From Candidatus Aenigmatarchaeota archaeon (lineage in GTDB: Archaea; Aenigmatarchaeota; Aenigmatarchaeia; CG10238-14; SpSt-28): 64,000 nucleotides of DNA. Both the position numbers and the translations under genes were made by a program. Location: the NCBI GenBank assembly GCA_032249395.1, contig JAVVFY010000002.1:45421-109420 (forward strand), given 5' to 3'. Positions 51,159 through 60,527 of this stretch are shown here, one piece after another. The notes beneath the pieces are model-generated. The model was not told the origin of the DNA and did not search any database. It was given only the letters and a program-made list of their open reading frames with translations. The first letter of the stretch is position 1. Every line of letters starts with the position of its first letter.

Positions 51159-51785
51159 TTATAGAGGATGTGTCTCTATTTTGATACCATCCTTAGTTAT
51201 TACAGCTATGTCTATAGCTCTACCTCCAGATGCTATATCTCTTTCTATGGCCGCCTTTATAGCCCTCTTTGCAAGCTCTTTCGCCTCATCAACAGTCATC
51301 CCATCCCTATATTGATCTTCTAACACTCCCAAAGCTATTGGAGAACCGGATCCTGTTGATATAAATTTTTTATCCTTTTCTATTCCACCAATAGCATCTA
51401 TATCAAAAATACTAGGACCTGAATCGTCCACCCCACCAATTATTAATTGCACATAGTAAGGAAAATACCTGGAGCTTTGAAGTATGTTTGAGAGAAGCAC
51501 TGCAGCACCTTTTATCGTTATTTTTCTTCTATGTTCTATCTCAAAAAGTTTAAATTCTGCCTTTAAATATCTAGCTAGAATTTGTGCGTCTCCACTAACT
51601 CCAGCTATTGTCATCGCTATATGGGTGTCTAAAGGTATTATTTTTTCACTTTCTTTACTAGCTACAAGATACCCCAAAGTTGATTTTTTCTCCGCTGCCA
51701 ATACTACAGCATCTTTACAAACTATTGCTACAGTTGTTGTTCCTGTCTCTTTAAACCCGATTTTGCTCTTCAGAAGAATCACCAA
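51159..51785 (-). CDS. psmB: Proteasome beta subunit
   Basis: Propeptide G|TTTV, STGSGS, RDIASG; conserved neighbour of aCPSF1. Confidence 0.95.
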   Translation of the reverse strand: MVILLKSKIGFKETGTTTVAIVCKDAVVLAAEKKSTLGYLVASKESEKIIPLDTHIAMTIAGVSGDAQILARYLKAEFKLFEIEHRRKITIKGAAVLLSNILQSSRYFPYYVQLIIGGVDDSGPSIFDIDAIGGIEKDKKFISTGSGSPIALGVLEDQYRDGMTVDEAKELAKRAIKAAIERDIASGGRAIDIAVITKDGIKIETHPL

Positions 51786-51850
51786 AGAGAAGATAGCTAT
51801 GATTAGTTATTTAGATTTTAAAATTTAAATACTTTTCTATCAGAGTTAAA

Positions 51851-54586
51851 TCACCCTTCTATATTAAAGAATATTTTATTATCAAAGTTGAATCCTATCC
51901 TATTTTTACAATCGTAGCATCTTCCGTCAAAAGGTAAAGAGAAATAAATTCTACCACATTTCTCACACATGAAATTTTCAAACTCCAAGAACTTTTCATT
52001 ATTACCAATTATTGGATTGTCTCCAGCAACAAAATTCTCAGGATCGTTAGAAACATTGTTTTGTTTCTCAGATAAAAGCGTTAGCTTTAGTTGTTTACCA
52101 TTAGAAAACAAAACACTCTTTTTAATGCCCACTGCCTCAAAAATTCTCTCGACCGGTGGTAAGATTTGGTTTTCAATATAGTATTTGGTGTCTATCTTTA
52201 GTTTCTTCTCCAAAACATATTCTGGATCTTCTGCTCTCTTAGAAACGAGATCTGAACCAGCAACTATAACAAAATTTACTCTATCACCAACCATTGGAGT
52301 TTTCTCCGGGGATCTTTTCATCATCTTCTTCACTAGCTCTACATGTGGTTGAACGCCCTTATACTCATGTATGTTTCTAGACAAACTTTTGGTTATTATC
52401 AAATCCTCTATGTTTACATTTCCTTCCTCAAGATCCTTAATAACCCTTCTTACATAGTCGATCGCAGCCTCTATACTACCATCTTTTAACAACAATTCTA
52501 AAGTTTTGGATAAGACCTTTTCGGTTAAACCACACCAATCTTTTCTAACAGTCTCTATTCCTTTCATCACCATCTTCTCTTTAAATTTACCGTCTTCGAG
52601 TTCTACAGAAATTCCAGCATATCTCTTTTTAGCAATTATTAGAAACGATTTGAAGACGCTTTCTATTTTGGTTGTTAGTTTCCCCTCATAATAACTATTT
52701 AAAGTCTTCTCTATTTTCTCTCCAATCTCAAATGCCTCCTCAACGCTTTTAGCATTAACTTTAACCATTATAGAATCTGTATCCCCATAAATAACTTCCC
52801 ACTCTTTATTTGTCTTCTCAACTACTTTTTTAGACGTTTCTATGAAATATCTACCATAACTTGTGATAGAATTTGCTATGTCAAGAACGTAAACTCGTCC
52901 CCTGATATATCCTGTATAACCGTAGAACGCGTTAGCCACCCTCTTTAGTGCTTCTTGTTTAGCATCTAGAATAAATCTTATTTCTTCGTTTTTTTCTTTT
53001 TTCATTTCTTTTTTAACCTTATCTCTTTCATTAATTAGAACTTCTAAAATTTGAGGTATTATCCCCTTTTTTATCTCGGGTTTAACAAACTTCGTTCCAT
53101 AGGGTGAAACGATAACATCCTTTTCATCGTTGTCGACAACCAGCGTTGTGGGACATATATTGAAATTAATATAGATGGTTGGATACATTGATTTGAAGTC
53201 TAGATACACAACATAACAGTCTGTATATAATCCAACCTTTGGTTCTAAAACTATAGCACCTTTAAGTCCTCTAGTCTCTCTTTCCTCTTTCCTTCTTAAC
53301 ATTTCCTTGTTATCCGGTTTATTAGGTAGGACGTATCCCCTTTTATTAAACTCCCTGAGCAATAGACTTTCGATCCTTGCTGCTTCTCCTTCGTCTAAGA
53401 CATCTTGAAGTAATAACCCACAAACTTTGGACAACTCTATATATTTTTCAATAAGCCTCTTTTCTACTAATATTCTTAAAGTAAGAAGAGCATCATTTCT
53501 AGAATACTCTACAAGTTTATTTATGTCACCATTTTTTTCCCAAATTCTAGTTATTTCGCTTTGTTTAATATCTACTTTTCCTTCTCCAACAAAAAATCTA
53601 CCAACGTCATCCAACGAATATCTTTTTAACCTTATAAGCCCTCTTTCTGCCATTTCTTTAACAATTTCATAAACATCTACAACAACTCTTCCAATTATCT
53701 TGTTTTTGTATTTGTCTTCTTTGACCCTTTTTGAAACAAGTTGTTTGTCTTTTGTTCTACCTAAAAAGGCGGATATTTTGTTTTTTTCTAATCTTTTCTT
53801 AAGAAAAGGCAAATCAAACGAATTTATGTTATAACCAATAATAAAATCCGGATCATAAGCATCTATAATCTTGATTAACTCTTCCAACATGCTTTTTTCG
53901 TCTAAAAACACCTCAACATCTCTGGCTTTAACATTCCTCCAAGTCAAAACTATGGTTTTTTTGTTTTGATATGGATGATTAAAGGCTAAACTTATCATAA
54001 TAATTTTATCTTTCTCAGGGTTGGGTTTTCCTTCTGTTGCTGTTGTCTCTATATCAAGAGAAAGAATCCTAAAAGGTGCGTTTTGTTGGTATTCTTCCTC
54101 TTCGATTTTCTCCACTATAAACGTTCTTTCAGTTTTTATATTCACTGTTTTTATCTCCTTTCCTTCAACAACATACCACCTCATACCAAAAATACCAAAA
54201 TCCGACATGAATCTATATTTGAAAAGTATATCAGCTTCGAAAGTTTTAGAAGCCAATCCCTTCTTAACAACAAAATCTCTTACAAGAGGGACTTTAGAAG
54301 GATCTGAAAGATAAATAACCATCATCTTCGTTTTTTCTTTTCTATATCCTGTGGGTTCAAATTTTTCCGTTTCTTCCATCTTAACAATCAAGTTGCCGAA
54401 CTCTTTCTTAAGCTCTTTTTCTATTTCCTCTTTTTCTTTGATTGGTATAAAGTAAAAATAGGGTAAGTATTTTTCATAAAGAACACATATTGATTGACCG
54501 TCTTTCGTTTTACCAAAAATTCTAACAGTAGGAAAAGTGTTTGTAATAACATAGTCTACATCAAGAACTTGTAAAGAAACTTTCAT
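51851..54586 (-). CDS. polB: Family B DNA polymerase with C-terminal Cys4 zinc finger
   Basis: Exo motifs DIET, GYN..FD, Y...DA; Pol motifs DFKSMYP, K...N..YG, YGDTDS; tail FMCEKCGRIYFSLPFDGRCYDC. Confidence 0.96.
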   Translation of the reverse strand: MKVSLQVLDVDYVITNTFPTVRIFGKTKDGQSICVLYEKYLPYFYFIPIKEKEEIEKELKKEFGNLIVKMEETEKFEPTGYRKEKTKMMVIYLSDPSKVPLVRDFVVKKGLASKTFEADILFKYRFMSDFGIFGMRWYVVEGKEIKTVNIKTERTFIVEKIEEEEYQQNAPFRILSLDIETTATEGKPNPEKDKIIMISLAFNHPYQNKKTIVLTWRNVKARDVEVFLDEKSMLEELIKIIDAYDPDFIIGYNINSFDLPFLKKRLEKNKISAFLGRTKDKQLVSKRVKEDKYKNKIIGRVVVDVYEIVKEMAERGLIRLKRYSLDDVGRFFVGEGKVDIKQSEITRIWEKNGDINKLVEYSRNDALLTLRILVEKRLIEKYIELSKVCGLLLQDVLDEGEAARIESLLLREFNKRGYVLPNKPDNKEMLRRKEERETRGLKGAIVLEPKVGLYTDCYVVYLDFKSMYPTIYINFNICPTTLVVDNDEKDVIVSPYGTKFVKPEIKKGIIPQILEVLINERDKVKKEMKKEKNEEIRFILDAKQEALKRVANAFYGYTGYIRGRVYVLDIANSITSYGRYFIETSKKVVEKTNKEWEVIYGDTDSIMVKVNAKSVEEAFEIGEKIEKTLNSYYEGKLTTKIESVFKSFLIIAKKRYAGISVELEDGKFKEKMVMKGIETVRKDWCGLTEKVLSKTLELLLKDGSIEAAIDYVRRVIKDLEEGNVNIEDLIITKSLSRNIHEYKGVQPHVELVKKMMKRSPEKTPMVGDRVNFVIVAGSDLVSKRAEDPEYVLEKKLKIDTKYYIENQILPPVERIFEAVGIKKSVLFSNGKQLKLTLLSEKQNNVSNDPENFVAGDNPIIGNNEKFLEFENFMCEKCGRIYFSLPFDGRCYDCKNRIGFNFDNKIFFNIEG

Positions 54587-54652
54587 GTATCTTTTAAAGT
54601 TGTCGTTTTAAAACTTTTTTGTTTATTGGAATATATTCTTTACATTGAATCA

Positions 54653-55627
54653 TTATTCTATCTTTCTTTGTTTCAAAAATGCTTTCCTTCCACTCGGTAA
54701 AAAAAATATGTTTATTCCTTTATAAACTTTAAACAAAGAATCTTTCGCTCCAACAATAACCAGAGCGTCTGGAACTTCATCCATTAGAAATAAATCAACT
54801 CTATACATTTTTTTGGAAATTAAAAAAGAAGGGTTAAGATGCCTTCTTTCTATCAAAGAGATTAATACGTCTACATCTTTTTCGTCTCTATTTTTATACT
54901 TTTCAACAACGCTTGAATTAAGAACAAACAACTTAAAATCGTTAATGTAGAATCTAACTATATCTCCTTCTATTTTAAACTCTTTATCTCTAACTTTTAT
55001 TACGTCATTATAAACTGTAACTTCTTCCTCGAGTTTAGACACTTTTCTAAAGAAAGACAGGGAAGGAAAGAAAATTTTATCTCCAATTATTTTTTCTTCC
55101 TCTTTTTTTACCCTAATAGCTACAACATCATCGTAGAAAAGTTTATCTACAATGTTAGCATCTAATTGTATTGTTTCATATGCTGTAAAATCTTCTAGCG
55201 TAACACTGTATGTTGTTTTATCTTTAACCATACCTATCACTACCAGCTGGTTATCGCTTTTTATTTTCTTTAACTTAGATAATGAGATCACATTGTTTAA
55301 CATGTTGTTTTCTTGTATTATCTTAGAAAGAACTTCAAACCTTTTTTTAATCATTTCTAAAACATCTTCTATTGAAAAACTCTTTATTTCCTCAAGATAA
55401 ACAACTTTTATTTCTCCTGTACTATTAGAAGAAGCAGTAAAGAGAAATTCTTTTAGTATGTTTTCATCAACAATAATTAAATTTTTGCTTTTCGCAAACT
55501 CTATTAATTTATTTATGTCAATTTCTTTATTAAGAATTTCATCAAGAGCTTGTGGTGTTATTTGAAGGTGGTTATCTAAAAAAATTTTAACAATCGTCTT
55601 CTTATCTTCTTCTACCTTCGTTGTCAT
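54653..55627 (-). CDS. Truncated, inactivated homologue of the PolD small subunit DP1 (polymerase B-subunit-like)
   Basis: DP1-like N-terminal helical domain (IFLDNHLQITPQAL), RF..L..II, OB fold (VIGMV.DK...LED.T...DDVVAI...IFFP), RRHLNP, MDEVPD; metal-ligand motifs missing. Confidence 0.72.
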   Translation of the reverse strand: MTTKVEEDKKTIVKIFLDNHLQITPQALDEILNKEIDINKLIEFAKSKNLIIVDENILKEFLFTASSNSTGEIKVVYLEEIKSFSIEDVLEMIKKRFEVLSKIIQENNMLNNVISLSKLKKIKSDNQLVVIGMVKDKTTYSVTLEDFTAYETIQLDANIVDKLFYDDVVAIRVKKEEEKIIGDKIFFPSLSFFRKVSKLEEEVTVYNDVIKVRDKEFKIEGDIVRFYINDFKLFVLNSSVVEKYKNRDEKDVDVLISLIERRHLNPSFLISKKMYRVDLFLMDEVPDALVIVGAKDSLFKVYKGINIFFLPSGRKAFLKQRKIE

Positions 55628-55851
55628 ATAATTCTTTTCTTATACATTAAAATTTTGCCTGCCCTTATTTTTTCGGCTTTTCCTTCTTCCACCAGTTCTT
55701 CCAAATACTTCTTAACAGTGTTCCAACTAACTTCTTTCCCTAGTTTAGTGGATACCATCCTCCTTATCGCCTCTACGTTTAAAGGCAAATGAACATCTAA
55801 AACGCCTAGAAGAATTGCAACGAAAAAATGTCTATATGGTGTTCTTCCCAT
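55624..55851 (-). CDS. Small winged-helix DNA-binding protein
   Basis: VSWNTVKKYLEELVEEGKAEK; stop overlaps the DP1-like start (ATGA). Confidence 0.75.
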   Translation of the reverse strand: MGRTPYRHFFVAILLGVLDVHLPLNVEAIRRMVSTKLGKEVSWNTVKKYLEELVEEGKAEKIRAGKILMYKKRII

Positions 55852-56214
55852 TTTGTTTTTATTTCGCTCTGAGATATTTATTACTTTTCTAAAAAATTTA
55901 TGAACAAGCAGAAATATTTTAAAATATACATAATTTTTTATGAGAAATTATAATTTTATGAGATGAGACAAAAATAAATATGACTACTTGGAAAAAACAA
56001 TGAGAAGTAAAAATTAAGTTAAACAGAGTATATAGGTATAAGAACGGAGAAGCGTTACAAAATCTCTTTAATCACAACAACATTTGTTTAGAAATAAAAG
56101 TTATAAACAATTCCAAAAGATCATAAAAAAATATATAGTTGTTTTAAATCGAATTAAGCTTAAATATATAGTCTATATATTCATCAGATCAAATTCTTTA
56201 TGTTTTCTCATAAT

Positions 56215-56589
56215 TTATTCCAAATCGTTTCTCGTTTCAAATATATTCCTTAACATTAAAATCTTAGACTGGATTGTTTTAATTTTCTCTATATCTCTTA
56301 CAGCACTATATATTCTAGGATAGGTATTTACTTTCTCTAAAAAATTTAACTTAACTAAATTGTCAAGCCTTTTTCTTAAAGTTTCGATGTTAATTTTTAT
56401 TCCTTCTCTCTTTAAAAATTCATGTAGAGTTTTTAAATCGTAAGAATTTATTTCACCAGATAAAGGATCTATAGTTTTTCCATAAAATTTTTGGAGAATT
56501 TTTACATTTATGACATCAAATTTTGTTAAAATAGTAAAATCGATTTTATCTTCATTTTTTAAACTCTCTTTTAAAAAAAATTCTTTCAT
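56215..56589 (-). CDS. Winged-helix protein
   Basis: INIETLRKRLDNLVKLNFLEKVNTYPRIY. Confidence 0.7.
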   Translation of the reverse strand: MKEFFLKESLKNEDKIDFTILTKFDVINVKILQKFYGKTIDPLSGEINSYDLKTLHEFLKREGIKINIETLRKRLDNLVKLNFLEKVNTYPRIYSAVRDIEKIKTIQSKILMLRNIFETRNDLE

Positions 56590-56625
56590 GAAGAAAAATT
56601 AATTTTCTTAAATATAAAGATTTTG

Positions 56626-57300
56626 TCACAAAAGACTTACGATATCTGCTTTTATTTCTCCGTTTTTTATCTCTATTAATCCAAAATAACCTTCTACAAA
56701 CTTCCCAACGTTTAAAACAACAGTATTTTTTATGATATCTTTTCCTAAACTTTCGTGTATATGAGCACACACGGCAACCTTAGGAGAAAATTCTTCTATT
56801 ATTTTTCTAACTGCTTGAGAACCAACATGTTTATTACCAACTATATCTAAAGTAGAGCTATAAGGGGGAGCATGTGTTGCTTGTATTTTTATTTCTTTAT
56901 TCTTAACAAACTCGTGAGCAATCCTTAAACCTTCTTCTATTTCTTTTTCTGATGGTTCGTATGGAGTATTAAAGGGTGTTTGTGCTCCTCCAAATCCATA
57001 AAATCCAACATTTTCTATTTCTTCTCCCCGTTGGTGAAGCAAAACATTTTCTTTTTGAAATAGAGGAATTAGTTCTTTATCCCAAGTGCCAGGAGTTATT
57101 AGAATTTTTTTAAAATATGTTTTTGCTTCTTCTAAAAAAATTTTACCGATATCTTTTGCATCAAAACCCTTTGGAAAAGAAGAATCAGCAATATCCCCAA
57201 CAGATAACAATATTTTTGGTTCGTATGATGCTACCTTTTCTAATAATACTGGCAGTCTTTCTATTTCGTTATGTATACAACCAATTACAGCTATTTTCAT
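56626..57300 (-). CDS. Calcineurin-like metallophosphoesterase (Icc-related)
   Basis: GCIH, GD..D, PGTWD, THAPP, HVGS, AHIHES. Confidence 0.85.
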   Translation of the reverse strand: MKIAVIGCIHNEIERLPVLLEKVASYEPKILLSVGDIADSSFPKGFDAKDIGKIFLEEAKTYFKKILITPGTWDKELIPLFQKENVLLHQRGEEIENVGFYGFGGAQTPFNTPYEPSEKEIEEGLRIAHEFVKNKEIKIQATHAPPYSSTLDIVGNKHVGSQAVRKIIEEFSPKVAVCAHIHESLGKDIIKNTVVLNVGKFVEGYFGLIEIKNGEIKADIVSLL

Positions 57301-57365
57301 TTCTTTTATTTTTATTTTGAAAACTAAAAGATTTATTTAGTGTTAATAAAAAACTTGTTTATAAA

Positions 57366-57472
57366 GCCCCCTTCGTCTAGCCCGGTCAAGGATACAGCCC
57401 TTTCGAGAAGAAAGGTTTGATAAAAGAATGAGAAGAAAGGCTGGGACGGGGGTTCAAATCCCCCAGGGGGCA
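57366..57472 (+). tRNA. tRNA-Glu(TTC) with 32-nt intron at 37/38 (57406-57437)
   Basis: GCCCCCT/AGGGGGC acceptor stem; CAGCC-CT-TTC-G[intron]A-GGCTG; GGGGG-TTCAAAT-CCCCC T arm. Confidence 0.9.
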
Positions 57473-57485
57473 ATTATACAGTTTC

Positions 57486-59249
57486 TTATTTTTTCTCTAA
57501 AAATTCTTTCTCTATTAGTTTCACGTAAGCAGGTCTTGTTATGAACAAATCTATTAATGTACCAACGGTTGTTGTTATTGCAAAACCTTTTAGGCTTCCC
57601 AAACCGAGAAATGCCAGAGGAAGCATTGTAAATACTAGTAAAGTAGAAGAATTGTAGACTATTTCCATTCCTGTCTTCAATCTCTCTTCGATTCTTTTCT
57701 TTCTTTCAAGGACGAATTGGTCAGTTAAAGTTATCAATTCCGCAGAGTTTCCAATTATTGATACTAAACCTGCTATTGTAGGTATATCAATAGTCCATTT
57801 ACCAACGACTACAAACCCTGAAATTAAAACCGCGGCAAAGACCGTTAAAACTCGAATAAACGATTTTGTTTCTTTGTATAGTATGGCTAAGATTACAGAC
57901 AAAAAGATGATTATTGCTGCTATAATTTGAGAAGATGCTACACCCAAAATTATAATCAACTCTGATACAGCAACCATTAACATATAAAGGCTGATTTTAA
58001 TATTTCTGTACCTTAGCATACTTAGGATAAGAACGGCAATAAGGTTTGCTGCTAAAATATAGATTGTTGATTCGAAAAGTTTTTTTCCTTCTGTTTGGGT
58101 TATGGTTTCTATTCTTTCAATTTTTATCTCAACAGGCAAACTTCCCGATTTTAGAATACTTTGCAACCTTAATTTTTCTAAACTAGCTTCTTCTAAAGTC
58201 TTTCTCCAACCTTCTATAGACGGAGTAGTTACAAGCTCACCAGCAATACTACTAACTATATTTAGTTCCGTTATTGGTTTTTTATCGAGATATAAAACAA
58301 GTTTCGGTCTTATGTATAATTGTCCAGCAGAATAGTAAGTTGGTTGTCCTTTTGTAACTAGTGCGAATCTTTCTGCCCCTTCTTTACTTATTTGAATAGT
58401 AAAAACAAACCTATAACCATCCCCAAATTTAGTAATGTAGTTTCTTTGAACGTCTGTAAAAATGTTTTCTATATCTTTAGCAGTAAAGATATTTGCGGCT
58501 ATTGTAACACTATCATCGTTTTTGTTTAATATCTCGTATTTTATTCCATTTATGTAGAAACCTTCGCTTATATAGAACGTTTGATTTAATATACTTATAG
58601 TTTCGTCTGATATTTCGAATGGGATTTCAGTTCCGTTAAATACAATTACACCTCTTCCATTGTTTAAGGGTAATATATCTACTACTTTACCCTCAAAATA
58701 ACCTTGTTTTACAAGAAAGTTTCTTATATCATCTTCTGTTAATCCAGCCGCTTCTATTTGTATCAAATCTTCAGCTACAGGCAAAACTTTAACGTCACTT
58801 AAACCATAGGCGTTTAATCTTTCGGTTAAAATTTTTGCTACTTCTTGTGTTTGTGTTTTGGTAGTATCGCTTACAATTCTTAATAGAACTCTTGTTCCAC
58901 CTTCAATATCTATTCCAAAATTCAGGACTTTTGTTTTCTGCTCTTTTAATGAGAATCCTAAGTTTTTGTCTTCTATTGCTACACAAGATGCTGGTTGTCC
59001 GTTTGATACAATAGGCACAAATTCACCTTTTTTAACATTTTCTAAAACCAATCGAAAATCATCTAATGAGTGTATGACTTTTCCACCAACTTGTGTAATT
59101 TTATCTCCAAATTTTACGTTTTGACAGTTTGCACTCTCGTTAATAAATGAAACTTCAAACCAGGATTGTTGAAAGAAGATTCTAGATAATGATGCCAACG
59201 AAATTGCTATTGTGAAAATTAGTACTAAAATTCTAACGTCTCTTACCAA
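57486..59249 (-). CDS. secD: Protein translocase subunit SecD
   Basis: FGIDIEGGTRV, ERLNAYGLSD, LKSGSLPV, LKGFAITT, ITRPAY. Confidence 0.9.
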   Translation of the reverse strand: MVRDVRILVLIFTIAISLASLSRIFFQQSWFEVSFINESANCQNVKFGDKITQVGGKVIHSLDDFRLVLENVKKGEFVPIVSNGQPASCVAIEDKNLGFSLKEQKTKVLNFGIDIEGGTRVLLRIVSDTTKTQTQEVAKILTERLNAYGLSDVKVLPVAEDLIQIEAAGLTEDDIRNFLVKQGYFEGKVVDILPLNNGRGVIVFNGTEIPFEISDETISILNQTFYISEGFYINGIKYEILNKNDDSVTIAANIFTAKDIENIFTDVQRNYITKFGDGYRFVFTIQISKEGAERFALVTKGQPTYYSAGQLYIRPKLVLYLDKKPITELNIVSSIAGELVTTPSIEGWRKTLEEASLEKLRLQSILKSGSLPVEIKIERIETITQTEGKKLFESTIYILAANLIAVLILSMLRYRNIKISLYMLMVAVSELIIILGVASSQIIAAIIIFLSVILAILYKETKSFIRVLTVFAAVLISGFVVVGKWTIDIPTIAGLVSIIGNSAELITLTDQFVLERKKRIEERLKTGMEIVYNSSTLLVFTMLPLAFLGLGSLKGFAITTTVGTLIDLFITRPAYVKLIEKEFLEKK

Positions 59250-60078
59250 GCATAACCACCTCTATTATTGCAGCGTTTAGTATCCAAGTGTTGAAAATAT
59301 CTGCTATAAAACCAATTGTTTGAATTTGTGCAATGTTTATTAAGAATGGAGAGTTTGAGAGGAACAAAACGATTAACATAGAAATTATTAAGCTAGCATT
59401 GATTGTTAACCCAGTAATAAGACCTTTTTTGTATTGGTCATAAAATTCTTCCAAAGCTCCAGAGAGGATTTTTGTTGCCAATATAACATTTGCGTCGATT
59501 GCAAAAGCTATTAAAATTAATAGTGATGAAAAGCCTGCAAACGAAATTTTTAATCCCAATAGGTTCATTACACCAAAAACAACTATTATGTTTGCAATTG
59601 ATGATAATATGATTGTTATTGCAACGACAGGTTTCTTGTAGATATAGAGGTTTGTTATGAAGAGAAGAACATAAGCAATTGCTAATAATGTTGATATTTG
59701 ATAGAAGAAAGCTTCTCCAAGCTCAGGACCAACGAAGTGAAGAGAATACTCAACAGGATAAAGGTTGTTAGAGTTTAGTAATTCCATGATGGTAGATACA
59801 TTGAAAAATTCTTCTGTCAGTATGTTTATCGATGTGAATCCTTCTGTAGTTTTTGAAGACGATATTATAAAGTTTTCTATTTTTTGTTTTAATATCGGTT
59901 CTAATTCTTTTACATCAACACTTTTATTGAAAATTAAAGTAAGGGAAACACCTCCTTTTAAATCTATATCCCTAAGGAAAAAGTCTCCGGTTTCTGAGTA
60001 TACTTTATATATTCCAAAAAAAGATATTGCTAATAACAACAAAGGAATTGGTAACAGTATTGCGATTTTTAACTTCAT
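59233..60078 (-). CDS. secF: Protein translocase subunit SecF
   Basis: DIDLKGG, VGPELG, D..NTW..NA; upstream of secD. Confidence 0.88.
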   Translation of the reverse strand: MKLKIAILLPIPLLLLAISFFGIYKVYSETGDFFLRDIDLKGGVSLTLIFNKSVDVKELEPILKQKIENFIISSSKTTEGFTSINILTEEFFNVSTIMELLNSNNLYPVEYSLHFVGPELGEAFFYQISTLLAIAYVLLFITNLYIYKKPVVAITIILSSIANIIVVFGVMNLLGLKISFAGFSSLLILIAFAIDANVILATKILSGALEEFYDQYKKGLITGLTINASLIISMLIVLFLSNSPFLINIAQIQTIGFIADIFNTWILNAAIIEVVMLGKRR

Positions 60079-60370
60079 TTAAGATTATTTTGTCGTTTTA
60101 AAATTTAATTAATAGTTTTTTGTTTTTTAAATCCATTCTATTACCATTACCAATGTATTATAATTCTTTTTGTCAATTTGTTTGAGAAAAATCTCTTCAA
60201 ATTCATAGTATCTTATTTTACCAGTTCTTAATGAACTTCTGTATTTTTAGGTTAAACTCTTTAAAAAATTTCAATAGCTCCTCATACCCTTTCTGATTTT
60301 TAAAACCATATTCCTACTAAATCTGCTAGAAGAGCTGCTTTTCTCATTCAAAATTCTTAATAAAATTTTT

Positions 60371-60444
60371 AGCCCTGGGAGGGATTTGAACCCTCAACCC
60401 CCCGCTTACGAAGCGGGTGCTCTACCTGATTGAGCTACCAGGGC
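60371..60444 (-). tRNA. tRNA-Thr(CGT)
   Basis: Reverse complement: GCCCTGG...CCCGC-TT-CGT-AA-GCGGG...TTCAAAT...CCAGGGC-T. Confidence 0.95.
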
Positions 60445-60527
60445 GCTTCAATAAGAATTTTTAGCAATTTTTGATAATATTTTTTCCCACTACTGAAAGG
60501 TTATATTTACGCAAGATAATATATTTC

